Origin: Planctomycetota bacterium
Lineage (GTDB): Bacteria > Planctomycetota > UBA8108 > SXIK01
Length of the DNA stretch: 33,966 nt
Direction of reading: 5' to 3'
Assembly: GCA_016209535.1 (NCBI GenBank)
Contig: JACQVW010000030.1
Location: forward strand, 1-33,966
Position 1 is the first letter of the stretch, and each line of letters starts with the position of its first letter. Below, one piece after another: positions 1 to 7,753 of the stretch. The notes below the pieces were generated by a model, which made no database searches, was not told where the DNA came from, and worked only from the letters and a program-made list of their open reading frames with translations. Position numbers and translations under genes: made by a program.

Positions 1-569
1 ACCGAGTCGAGGAACCTCGGGAAGTCCTCCCGCGCGCCCTCGTCCGCCCGGAATGCGAGGTCGAGGAGCAGGGCCCGGTCGATGCGGTCGCGGTTGTCCT
101 TGAAGGCCTTGATGAAGTCCGCCACGTCCTGGTGCTTGTCGCCAGGTCGGCGCCACGGCGACACCGCCGCGAGGTACTTGAGGGCCAGGAGGACCTCCAC
201 GGTGGCCACCTTGACGCCTCCCGCGACCACCTTGCGGTCGAGGGCGACCCCGAAGAGCTCGTGGCTCTGGCTCTTGATCACGTCCGCCTCGAGCCGCATG
301 GGATCCGGCGAGAGCGTGCCGTGGAAGTTGACCACCGTCCCCTCGGGGGGACCGAGGGGGGAGGATTCTGTCTCCCGGAGGTCCGGGCAGGCCGCCTTGA
401 GGACCCTCTTCGCCTTGCGGAGGTCCTTCTCCCGCACCACCACGTCCACGTCCAGGGTGGCGCGCGGCCGCTTCAAGTAGTGGTTGACGGCCGCGGCGCC
501 CACGAGGACCCAGTCCACGCCCGCCGCCTCGAGCCCCGCGAAGAACTGCCTCGCCTTGTCAGGTAGCAT
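1..569 (-). CDS. minimal nucleotidyltransferase-fold protein. Partial: the C-terminus runs off the window start. An alternative upstream ATG at 707 is in frame.
   Basis: The minus-strand frame is open from 707 to the window edge with high GC3. Translation reads ...MLPDKARQFFAGLEAAGVDWVLVGAAAVNHYLKRPRATLDVDVVVREKDLRKAKRVL... The 'hhhhGG.Ah..YG..R.T.DhDhhh' pattern is typical of minimal NTases such as AbiEii or type IV TA-like NTases. A GGAAGAAAGG SD lies ~10 nt before the ATG at 569. The track does not list this ORF because it has no stop inside the window. Confidence 0.5.
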   Translation of the reverse strand, partial: MLPDKARQFFAGLEAAGVDWVLVGAAAVNHYLKRPRATLDVDVVVREKDLRKAKRVLKAACPDLRETESSPLGPPEGTVVNFHGTLSPDPMRLEADVIKSQSHELFGVALDRKVVAGGVKVATVEVLLALKYLAAVSPWRRPGDKHQDVADFIKAFKDNRDRIDRALLLDLAFRADEGAREDFPRFLDS

Positions 570-797
570 GCCGGCTTTCACCTTTCTTCCCCCCGCGCGG
601 ATGGCGTGCTGGACCTCGAGGGAGACGAGGCCCGCCTCCACGCCAAAGGGGAGAGGCTGGGAGCACCGGAACGGCCTGCGGCGGAGCATGGCAGTGGCTC
701 CGAGCATAGCACCCTTTTTCCGTTCCTCAAGGTAGCGCGGCACGCCGCGGCCCCGAACAACCTCCGACCGCCGGCGCGGCCCCGGCCAAGAAACCGC

Positions 798-827
798 TTG
801 CCGCTCGTCGGCCGCAGGCGGGATAAT
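798..827 (+). promoter_or_regulatory. candidate sigma70-like promoter, TTGCCG-N18-GATAAT, for the pup-like/pafA-like pair
   Basis: It sits in the divergent intergenic region 708-925. The GATAAT at 822-827 is a rare AT hexamer in ~70% GC DNA. Prediction is by eye only. Confidence 0.25.
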
Positions 828-925
828 GAGGACCTCCGAAGGGAAGGACGCAGCGGCCGCGAGACCGCGAAGAGAATGGGGCGCCGCCCGAGGGACGGGC
901 GGGCCCAGGAACGAAGGAACCGCTC

Positions 926-1126
926 ATGAACTCCGCTCTTGCGAAGAAGGCAGTCCAGGACGCCGGCACCACCGTGGACCTCGAGACCGAGCAGGCCGCG
1001 CCTCGCGAGGCGCGGGATGAACGCGCCGCCGCCCGGGCCGCGCTCCTCGCCAGGATCCTCGAGGATGCGCGCCGCGACGCAGACGGGTACGTCGGCCGTT
1101 ACATGGCCGGCCGCGGAGCCGAGTAG
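926..1126 (+). CDS. small Pup/UBact-like ubiquitin-like modifier candidate, 66 aa, with a C-terminal Glu
   Basis: ATG with an AAGGAA SD 6 nt upstream and GC3 of about 83%. Product is MNSALAKKAVQDAGTTVDLETEQAAPREARDERAAARAALLARILEDARRDADGYVGRYMAGRGAE. It is acidic and helical and ends in Glu. It lies 41 nt upstream of a PafA/Dop homolog and is co-oriented with it. Confidence 0.5.
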   Translation: MNSALAKKAVQDAGTTVDLETEQAAPREARDERAAARAALLARILEDARRDADGYVGRYMAGRGAE

Positions 1127-1167
1127 CCGCCCTCGAAGACCCTCTGGCGCCGAGAGGCCGTGACGCC

Positions 1168-3072
1168 GTGACGCAGGAGCGCCCCGCCATCCTCGGCCTC
1201 GAGACGGAGCACTTGCTCTTCTTCGCGCCGGACCCGTCTCGTGGCCCTCCGGCGGGCCCCGGCGACCCGCGGCCAGGGCTCACAGGTCCGGAGTTCCAGC
1301 TCGCCGAGAGCGTGCTCTTCGATTCCCTCCTCTCGGGCCGGAAGGCCGCCGTCTCGAGCGGCCTCAAGGGCGGCTACTTCCTCGAGAACGGAGGCCTGGC
1401 GCACCTGGAGATCTGCCTCCAGGGCCAGCACGACACGCCCATCCTCGAGATGTGCACGCCCGAATGCCGGGGCCCTCACGACCTCCTCCTCTACGCGCGC
1501 GCCGGCGATGCCATCCTCGAGGAGACGAGCCGGCGCTCGGAGGAGCGCCTCCGCTTCGGCGGGCACGAGGGCCGGATCGCCTTCGGCAAGAGCAACCGGG
1601 ACGCGCGGGGGGTCGGGTTCGGCTGCCACGAGAACTACCTCGTCCACCGGAAGGCGACCCGGACGGAGCAGGCGCTCGTGGCGCTCGCCATGCCCCTGCT
1701 TTTCGCCTGCTACCTCCCGGTCTTCCTGGTCTTCGTCGCCGTCCTCGTCCTGAGCTTCGCCTGGCTGGCCCTCACGAGGCTGCCCGCCCTGGAGGGGCTG
1801 GCCGCGCGCACCGCCCGCTGGCTGGCCGCGCGAGCCCCCTGGGTCCCGCGAGCCTGCCGCGGCGCCTACTTCGTCGCCACGACGGCGGTCCACTACCCGT
1901 TCTTCCAGATCTACTCCCTCCTGATCAAGGCCGCCCTGTTCCGGGTCTACATCCGGAGCCTCACGGCGCACCTCGTGACGCGGCAGGTCCTGACGGGCGC
2001 CGGACGCCTGGACTTCGAGAGGGGAGTCTACGAGCTGTCCCAGCGTGCGGGCCTCACGTCGAGCCTGGCGAGGATCGTCCTGTTCGGCAGGCGGAAGACC
2101 ATCTTCGATCTCAAGTGCCTCCTCTATGACCGCTCGGGCCTCCTCTCCTGCAAGGCCCCCCTGGCCCTCTTCCTCCCGACGAGGCGGCTGTCGATCGTCT
2201 CGGGCGATTCCAACCTCTCCGACGTCCCGAACCTCCTCAAGGTCGGGACCACGCTGCTCTTGATCGAGATGATCGAGGCCGGCGAGTCCTTCGATGACCT
2301 CCGCCTCGCGCGGCCCGTGCGGTCGATGCGCGCCGTCTCGCGCGAGGGGCCGTGGAAGCAGCTCCGCCTGCGCTCGGGGGAGACCCTGACGGCCCTGGAG
2401 GTCCAGCGCGAGCTCCTCCGGAGGGCCCAGACCTTCTTCCGGAGCCGCCCCGAGGGCAGGGTGCGCCACGGGGAGATCCTGCGGCTCTGGGAGGAGTGCC
2501 TGGAGGACCTCGCGGAGCGCCCCCAGGCGCTCGCGGACCGCCTCGACTGGGCCGCGAAGAAGTCCCTGCTGGACCGGCGGGTGCTGGCGACGACCAACTG
2601 GCGCGTCTTCTTCGCCTGGGGGAGGGTCTTCACGCTGGCGGGCCTCCGCGAGGTCGCCCGGGCGCCGGCCTTCGATGCCCTCCTGCGGAGGCTCGGGCCC
2701 TTGCGGCGGCTCCGCGTCCGGAGGGCCTTCGCCGCGGCCGGCCTCGACGCCTCGGAGTACCGCGCGCAGCGGGACCTCCACTTCGAGGCGCGCAAGATCG
2801 ACCTGCGCTACCACGAGCTGGGAGGAGAGTCGGGCTACCAGCGGCTCCTCGAGAAGGAGGGCTTCATCCGGCGGCTCACGGCGGACGAGGACGTGGCCCG
2901 CGCGGTGAAGTCACCTCCCTCGGACACGAGGGCCCGAGTGCGAGGGTACTACATCCAGCGGAGCCAGAGGCCCGACATGCTCCAGGTGAGCTGGAATGAG
3001 ATCGAGCTCATGAGCCCGCCCCGCAACATCCCGACGCCAGACCCCTTCGCGCACCGGCTGCCGGGGGAGTGA
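1168..3072 (+). CDS. PafA/Dop family protein (Pup ligase/deamidase homolog) with a ~100-aa hydrophobic insertion
   Basis: GTG start with a GAGAGG SD. Motifs include ILGLETEH, FLENGGLAHLE, GFGCHENYLV, LVTRQVLTGAGRLD, and a C-terminal ...SPPSDTRARVRGYY. All are characteristic of the glutamine-synthetase-like PafA/Dop fold, recalled from Mtb PafA/Dop. An insertion between HENYLV and LVTRQ contains TM-like stretches. Confidence 0.85.
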   Translation: MTQERPAILGLETEHLLFFAPDPSRGPPAGPGDPRPGLTGPEFQLAESVLFDSLLSGRKAAVSSGLKGGYFLENGGLAHLEICLQGQHDTPILEMCTPECRGPHDLLLYARAGDAILEETSRRSEERLRFGGHEGRIAFGKSNRDARGVGFGCHENYLVHRKATRTEQALVALAMPLLFACYLPVFLVFVAVLVLSFAWLALTRLPALEGLAARTARWLAARAPWVPRACRGAYFVATTAVHYPFFQIYSLLIKAALFRVYIRSLTAHLVTRQVLTGAGRLDFERGVYELSQRAGLTSSLARIVLFGRRKTIFDLKCLLYDRSGLLSCKAPLALFLPTRRLSIVSGDSNLSDVPNLLKVGTTLLLIEMIEAGESFDDLRLARPVRSMRAVSREGPWKQLRLRSGETLTALEVQRELLRRAQTFFRSRPEGRVRHGEILRLWEECLEDLAERPQALADRLDWAAKKSLLDRRVLATTNWRVFFAWGRVFTLAGLREVARAPAFDALLRRLGPLRRLRVRRAFAAAGLDASEYRAQRDLHFEARKIDLRYHELGGESGYQRLLEKEGFIRRLTADEDVARAVKSPPSDTRARVRGYYIQRSQRPDMLQVSWNEIELMSPPRNIPTPDPFAHRLPGE

Positions 3073-3219
3073 CGGCGGGCCGGGCCGGGGATGGCGCGCA
3101 GGCGGGGCCAGGTTCGGGAGAGGATCGGGATTGCACCGGTGGGGCCACCGTCGGTTAGACTGCACGGCTCGTAGGGTGACCTGGGTGTGTACAGGCTGAG
3201 GTTTGGGGAGGAAGTTCGC

Positions 3220-4572
3220 ATGGGAATGGGAAGGTCGGCGGCGTTCCTGCTGGGGCTCTTGGCGGGCTTGGAAGGCGTCGCGGCGGATGTCTACAGGCAG
3301 GAGGTCCTCAAGGACCGCCCGGTCGCGTACTGGCGGCTCGGGGAGGACGATCTCTTGGACGATGTCCGGAACGAGATGGGAGACGCCCTCAACGGGGAGT
3401 TCAAGCCCAACGAGAGAACAGGGCTCCAGCCCGGGTTCCCCGGCGCCATCGCCGGCGACGATGACACGGCGGTCCGGTTCCAGACGATCCCGGGCTTCGC
3501 GTGCCACGACTGCGGGCAGATCCAGGTGCCCCGGGACGGAGCCCTCGACCTCGGCCTGGCGGAGACCGACGCGACGATCACCCTCGAGGCGTGGTTCAAG
3601 CTGCTCCCGGACTCCTGCGACACTCTCCCCCGGCCGACCGCCTTCCCGCGCATCTTCCACTACAACAACGCCGCGCTCGGCCAGTACGCATTCGGCGTCG
3701 TGGGCGACGACAGCGCCGGTTATCCGGACCGGCGTTCGGTCTGGGCCGCGGCGGGGGACGGCGACGGCATCGGCGGCGTGATCAAGGCGGCCCCCACCGA
3801 CACGCTGCGGCCGAACGGCGCCGAAGAGTGGCGTCACTTCGTCGCGACCATCGTGGGAGGCGACATCCGCCTCTTCCTCGACGGGGAGGAGATCACGGAC
3901 GTCGAGGACTCGGACCCGATCTACTGGCAGTTCCCCCAGGCCACGATCGGCGGCAGGATCCAGAGCGACGGCATCAGCTTCGTGCAGGGCTTCCCGGGCC
4001 TCATCGACGAGCTGGCGGTCTACGACCACGTCCTGTCGATAGAGCGGATCCAGGCGCACCACGCCACGGGCGGGCAGCCCACCGCGAGGCCCCTGGCGAC
4101 GCCGTCGCAAGGCGACGCGCCCCTGACCGTGGACTTCGACGGAACCGGCTCGACGACGGCGCCGGGGACGACCATCGTGGGCTACGAGTGGTCCTTCGGC
4201 GACGGGGGGTCAGCCACGGGCTCCAAGGCGACGCACACCTACACGGCCCCAGGCAGGCACGTGGCGACCCTCACGGTCAATAACGACCGGGGTGGAGCCT
4301 CGGGGGCGACGATCGACCTCGGACTGCGCTTCCCCGAGGGAGACGTGGCGCCCTGGGCCGCGGCCGACATCGGGATGCCCGACATGCCAGGCGGCTCGCG
4401 CCTCGACGGCGACCGGTGCCTGGCGCTCCTCGCGGGGTCGAGGGGCCCCGACGCCGCATGGCCCGACGGCTGCCGTTTCGTCTACCAGGAGCGCGCCGGG
4501 AGCTTCGGCGTCACCGCAAGGGTCTCGACGCTGGCGCTGGATCCGGAAGGCTCTCCGGCGCCGCGGCCGTGA
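3220..4572 (+). CDS. secreted LamG-like/PKD/ConA-like jelly-roll protein, N-terminal 450 codons. This is a fragment of a frameshifted gene that continues in another frame to 5225.
   Basis: GGGGAGGAAG SD, then ATG. Signal peptide is MGMGRSAAFLLGLLAGLEGVAA. A LamG-type motif (…GFPGLIDELAVYDHVLSIERIQAHH) is followed by a PKD domain (LTVDFDGTGS…YEWSFGDGGSATG…HTYTAPGRHVATLTVNNDRGG). Then comes the first half of a DUF1349-like ConA-like domain (W..ADIG.P..PG...DGD...L.AGS.G.D.W...D...FVYQERAGSFGVTARVSTL), which stops abruptly at 4572. Confidence 0.8.
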   Translation: MGMGRSAAFLLGLLAGLEGVAADVYRQEVLKDRPVAYWRLGEDDLLDDVRNEMGDALNGEFKPNERTGLQPGFPGAIAGDDDTAVRFQTIPGFACHDCGQIQVPRDGALDLGLAETDATITLEAWFKLLPDSCDTLPRPTAFPRIFHYNNAALGQYAFGVVGDDSAGYPDRRSVWAAAGDGDGIGGVIKAAPTDTLRPNGAEEWRHFVATIVGGDIRLFLDGEEITDVEDSDPIYWQFPQATIGGRIQSDGISFVQGFPGLIDELAVYDHVLSIERIQAHHATGGQPTARPLATPSQGDAPLTVDFDGTGSTTAPGTTIVGYEWSFGDGGSATGSKATHTYTAPGRHVATLTVNNDRGGASGATIDLGLRFPEGDVAPWAAADIGMPDMPGGSRLDGDRCLALLAGSRGPDAAWPDGCRFVYQERAGSFGVTARVSTLALDPEGSPAPRP

Positions 4573-5225
4573 TGGTGCGCTCGAGCTTGGACCCAGGGAG
4601 CGCCCTCGCCGCCGTGGGCTTCGTGAGGTGGCGCGAGGCGACCCAGATCAAGCTCGTGGGCCGGACCAGCGACGGAGCGGGGCTGGTCGTCGACGCGCCG
4701 GTGGCGCTGGACATGGTCTCGCCGGATGCCTTCCTGCGCCTCGAGCGCAAGGGCCGGGACATCGTGGCGTCCGTGTCGGCGGACGGCGTCGCCTTCGTCC
4801 AGGCAGGCCGCGTCGCGCTGTGCGCGCCGCCGGATTCCCTGCTCGCCGGCGTGGCCGTCGCGCCCGCCCGCGCCAGGTGTCTTGGGGACGCGGCGGCGAC
4901 GTTCTGCGATCTGGCCTGGACCGAGCTCGGGCCGCTGCCAGCGCAGCCCTTCCACCGCGGCGACGCCGACGCGAACGGTCTCCTCGAGCTCACCGACGCG
5001 GTCTTCGTCCTGGAGTACTTGTTCCTCGGCAGGTGCGCCTCGCCGTGCCTCGACGCCGCCGACGCCGACGACTCCGGCCGCCTCGACATCACCGACGCCG
5101 TGCGCATCCTCGGGTTCCTCTTCCTCGGCGCCGCCCCGCCCCCGCCCCCCGGCCCGCCCGGGGAAGACTGCGGCCCCGACCCGGGCAGCGTGCACCTGGG
5201 GTGCGAGGCGTACGGAGGGTGCTGA
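4569..5225 (+). CDS. C-terminal fragment of the same frameshifted gene: the second half of the ConA-like jelly roll plus the dockerin-like/tri-Cys C-terminal module. Its open frame reaches upstream to 4416.
   Basis: Frame +2 reads ...AAAVMVRSSLDPGSALAAVGFVRWREATQIKLVGRTSDGAGLVVDAP…DGVAFVQAG. This is the continuation of the 'ITARV…AKAGLMIRESLDP' jelly-roll consensus. It is followed by GDADANGLLELTDAVFVLEYLFLG…DADDSGRLDITDAVRILGFLFLG and the PPPPPGPPGEDCGPDPGSVHLGCEAYGGC tail. Confidence 0.75.
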   Translation: MMVRSSLDPGSALAAVGFVRWREATQIKLVGRTSDGAGLVVDAPVALDMVSPDAFLRLERKGRDIVASVSADGVAFVQAGRVALCAPPDSLLAGVAVAPARARCLGDAAATFCDLAWTELGPLPAQPFHRGDADANGLLELTDAVFVLEYLFLGRCASPCLDAADADDSGRLDITDAVRILGFLFLGAAPPPPPGPPGEDCGPDPGSVHLGCEAYGGC

Positions 5226-5249
5226 CGAGCCAGCGAGCAGAGCAAGCGA

Positions 5250-5444
5250 GGCGTGGTTCAAGAACCGCGATTACGTGGTTCAGAACCACGCCTGTACTCT
5301 TCCCCCTCAAGGAATGTGCTCCCTCCCGCCTTGGTCGGGAGCACCCCCAAGGGGAAGACGGAACATGCTCATTGCTGGAGAGTTACGGCGAAGACCAGCA
5401 TGGCGTGGGTAAACAACGGGTGTTACCCGGTCTTGAACCACGCC
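5250..5444. repeat. structured intergenic block with two 43-nt elements sharing 7-bp termini GGCGTGG…CCACGCC (5250-5292 and 5402-5444) and a central 8-bp-stem hairpin (5316-5344). Candidate ncRNA or repeat element.
   Basis: Read directly from the sequence. Both elements are exactly 43 nt, carry identical inverted termini and end in …TTCAGAACCACGCC and …TCTTGAACCACGCC. They also contain internal GGTTC-N-GAACC palindromes. GC is locally lower than the surroundings. Confidence 0.4.
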
Positions 5445-5569
5445 GCAAGCGAGAGCACACGGCCCTCGGCGCACGGCGGCGCGGCAAGCCCGGCCGCTGG
5501 ACGTTGCGGCGTCCTCGGCGCGTCCGTAGCATGGGGGAGCAAGGCACCAGGCTCGTCGAGGGCTCTCTC

Positions 5570-5776
5570 ATGGCGCAAGTGACCTCCCATCCACTGGACA
5601 GCGATCCGGGCCCGCGCTTCGACCGCTGCGTCGATCGCGCGCACGCCCTCTTGCGAAAGGCGGCCGACCAGTGGGGGCTCGGGGATCCCGAGCAGCCACC
5701 GACCGGAGACGTCCTCGAGGCGATCCTCCGGGTCTTCGAGAAGGAGCGGTTCCTGCGTCGGGGCCGTCGGGCCTGA
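5570..5776 (+). CDS. small hypothetical protein, 68 aa (alternative start 5531), possibly translationally coupled to the downstream TPR gene
   Basis: GC3 is about 85%. The stop at 5774-5776 is immediately followed by GGGAG-N7-ATG of the next gene. Product is MAQVTSHPLDSDPGPRFDRCVDRAHALLRKAADQWGLGDPEQPPTGDVLEAILRVFEKERFLRRGRRA. Confidence 0.45.
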   Translation: MAQVTSHPLDSDPGPRFDRCVDRAHALLRKAADQWGLGDPEQPPTGDVLEAILRVFEKERFLRRGRRA

Positions 5777-5791
5777 GGCGGGAGTCAACCC

Positions 5792-7747
5792 ATGGTCTCG
5801 ATCCGCGTCGCCTGCGTCTTGGGCCTCGCCGCGGCGCAAGCGCCATGGAGCCCGGCGCTCGGCGACGACCGCGCCCTCGAGTTGAAGCTCCTCCTCGCCG
5901 ACGCCGGCCTCGCCTACCGCGGCGGCTCCTACGCCCGCGGGGAGGCCCTCGCCGAGTCAGCCTTGAAGGCCCTGCGCGAGGCGGGGCGAGGCTCGAGCCC
6001 GGAGGCGGCGGAGGCGCTCCACGTCCTCGCGGCCGTCGACAGGCGTCTCGGCCGCCACGAGCAGGCCGAGAAGCGCTGCCAGGAGGCCCTGGCGCTCCGC
6101 GAGAAGTCGCTGGGGGCGGAGCACCCCGACGTCGCGGCCTCGATCGAGCTCCTCGCCTCGATCCGCGAGGACCAGGGAAAGCTCTGCCCCATGGGCATCG
6201 CCCGCCGAGCTCTCGAGATCCGCGAGAAGACCTCGGCCGATCACCCCACCGAGCTTGTGCCGGCCCTCCTCCTCGTCGCTCGCCACGAGCTCGCGTGCAG
6301 CGGGCGCCGCGGGGCCGAGAAGGCCCGCGAGCTCGTCGAGCGCGCCCTCGCGATCCAGAGCGAGGCGAAGGGGGCCGACGGGATCTCCTTCGAAGGGTTC
6401 CACGCGCTCGGCGAGCCCGAGCTCGGCGAGGAGCTCCTCCGCGAGATGGAGGAAGCCGCGACGCTAGCCCTCGAGGTCCTGCGCGAGGCCGCGGGCCCCG
6501 CGCACCCCGGCCGGGGGTTCACCATGGCGCGGCTCGCGATGCTCAAGGGCGTGCGCGGGCGACTCCGCGAGGCTCGCGAGCTTTTCCAGGAATCCATTCG
6601 CCTGCACGCGAGCGGCCTCTCCGACGATGATCTCTGCCGCGCACACGACTTCGCGATCTCCCACTGGGAGGGCATCCGCGAGGAGGGGAAGCGGCTCGAG
6701 ACGGCCCACATGGAGCTGTGCCTCGTCGAGATGGCTCGCCGCGGCGGCAAGGCCATCGAGGACTGCCTGGCGCGCGCCGCGGGCGAACGGCTCGAAGTCC
6801 TGACGGCCCTCCGGCGGGCCCAGGGGAAGCGCGATCCCCTCGAGGTCGTCGTGAAGGGCCCTCTGGACCGCGAGTGCGAGCTGGGCGAGCTGCCCGCCTT
6901 CGAGGTCGCGCTCACGAACGTCGACGATGATAAGCGAGCCTTCGAGTTCACCAGGGGTGGCGACTACCGGAGCGGGCGCCTCGAGCGGTGGCGCTTCGAC
7001 GTCGTCGACGTCGCGGAAAACCCGCTGCCGCCTCTGCCGAGTCCCGACTCGGTCCACGGTGGCTTGATGGGTTTCGGGCGCCTCGAGCCTGGCGAGTCCT
7101 GGGAGACGACGCTGGAGATGTCCAAGTACGTCGACATCGCCTCCCCCGGCGAGCACACCGTTCGCATCCAGTATCACGACCACCTCGAGATCGCGGACCA
7201 GACGCTTGTCGACGACCTCATCTTGTCGTCCTCGAAGCCCCTGCGGCTCGTCGTCAAGCCCCGCGCTGTCGAGGCGACTCGCGCCGAGCTCGACGAGGCC
7301 GCGGCGCAGGTGGCGGGGCTGGATCCTCGGGAGCCCCTGAAGGTCATCGCCGGCCATTACGGGCCCTGGGCCCACGGTTTCATCGCCCCCGACTCGCCTC
7401 AGGGGAAGCTCCTCGCCCTCGGCTGGAAGGCGGTGCCGGCCCTCCTCGATGAGGTCGCGAAGGAGCAGATCGATCCGGCGCGACGGGCCTGGGCCCTCTC
7501 GCTCCTCTTCGCGATCACCGGCCGCAACGACCCGCGCCTCCGGCCCGGCGTCCTCGGTGCGCACTCCTGGCGCGAGGCGGGCTGGTCCCTCTTCGGCTCG
7601 AAGCGTGGCCGTGAGGTCGCGGGCGGCCTCGGCCTGGGCGGAGAGGGCACGGCCAGCGGCGGCGCGCCCGACCCCGCCGCGCAGCGGGAGCTGCTGGAAG
7701 CCTGGCGCGCGTGGAGGGCGCACCTCGCGGTCAAGGTCCGGCCGTAG
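5792..7747 (+). CDS. secreted TPR-repeat protein, 651 aa
   Basis: Signal peptide is MVSIRVACVLGLAAAQA. It has TPR_10/12-like repeats (…AEALHVLAAVDRRLGRHEQAEKRCQEALALREKSLGAEHPDVAASIELLASI…) and a long C-terminal region of unknown fold. Confidence 0.85.
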   Translation: MVSIRVACVLGLAAAQAPWSPALGDDRALELKLLLADAGLAYRGGSYARGEALAESALKALREAGRGSSPEAAEALHVLAAVDRRLGRHEQAEKRCQEALALREKSLGAEHPDVAASIELLASIREDQGKLCPMGIARRALEIREKTSADHPTELVPALLLVARHELACSGRRGAEKARELVERALAIQSEAKGADGISFEGFHALGEPELGEELLREMEEAATLALEVLREAAGPAHPGRGFTMARLAMLKGVRGRLREARELFQESIRLHASGLSDDDLCRAHDFAISHWEGIREEGKRLETAHMELCLVEMARRGGKAIEDCLARAAGERLEVLTALRRAQGKRDPLEVVVKGPLDRECELGELPAFEVALTNVDDDKRAFEFTRGGDYRSGRLERWRFDVVDVAENPLPPLPSPDSVHGGLMGFGRLEPGESWETTLEMSKYVDIASPGEHTVRIQYHDHLEIADQTLVDDLILSSSKPLRLVVKPRAVEATRAELDEAAAQVAGLDPREPLKVIAGHYGPWAHGFIAPDSPQGKLLALGWKAVPALLDEVAKEQIDPARRAWALSLLFAITGRNDPRLRPGVLGAHSWREAGWSLFGSKRGREVAGGLGLGGEGTASGGAPDPAAQRELLEAWRAWRAHLAVKVRP

Positions 7748-7753
7748 GCCGGA

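Noticed and set aside
1099-2814. 571-aa minus-strand ORF antisense to the PafA/Dop gene. Similar giant ORFs: 9741-13595 (+), 13665-17294 (+), 13849-15528 (-), 18230-21238 (+), 18408-20585 (-), 6464-7951 (-), 26575-28218 (+), 28568-30223 (-), 31102-32958 (-).
   Set aside because: These are stop-poor shadow frames typical of ~70% GC DNA. Their translations are R/G/P/A/D-rich low-complexity strings with no recognisable motifs. In every case a different frame or strand at the same place carries clear domain signatures and the expected GC3 bias.
4530-4572. Programmed ribosomal frameshift joining the two halves of the LamG/PKD/jelly-roll gene
   Set aside because: There is no X-XXY-YYZ slippery heptamer, no homopolymer and no downstream pseudoknot-like structure at the junction. 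A simple indel is more parsimonious.
5150-5225. MYXO-CTERM, PEP-CTERM or CGP-CTERM sorting signal for the Cys-rich tails (…EDCGPDPGSVHLGCEAYGGC and similar)
   Set aside because: Those signals need a hydrophobic TM helix and a basic tail after the motif. Here the protein ends 1-3 residues after the last Cys. I call it a novel or unclassified tail instead.
5250-5292. tRNA or tRNA fragment, suggested by a 7-bp acceptor-like stem and a T-arm-like GTGG-TTCAGAA-CCAC
   Set aside because: It is only 43 nt. There is no D arm or anticodon arm and no CCA or discriminator context. A second copy, E2, lacks the T-loop-like loop. At most it is a tRNA-like relic, so I report it as a repeat/ncRNA candidate instead.
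5253-5582. 109-aa plus-strand ORF across the structured intergenic block
   Set aside because: It is full of the palindromic repeat elements, has no SD, a mixed third-position composition, and no domain signal.
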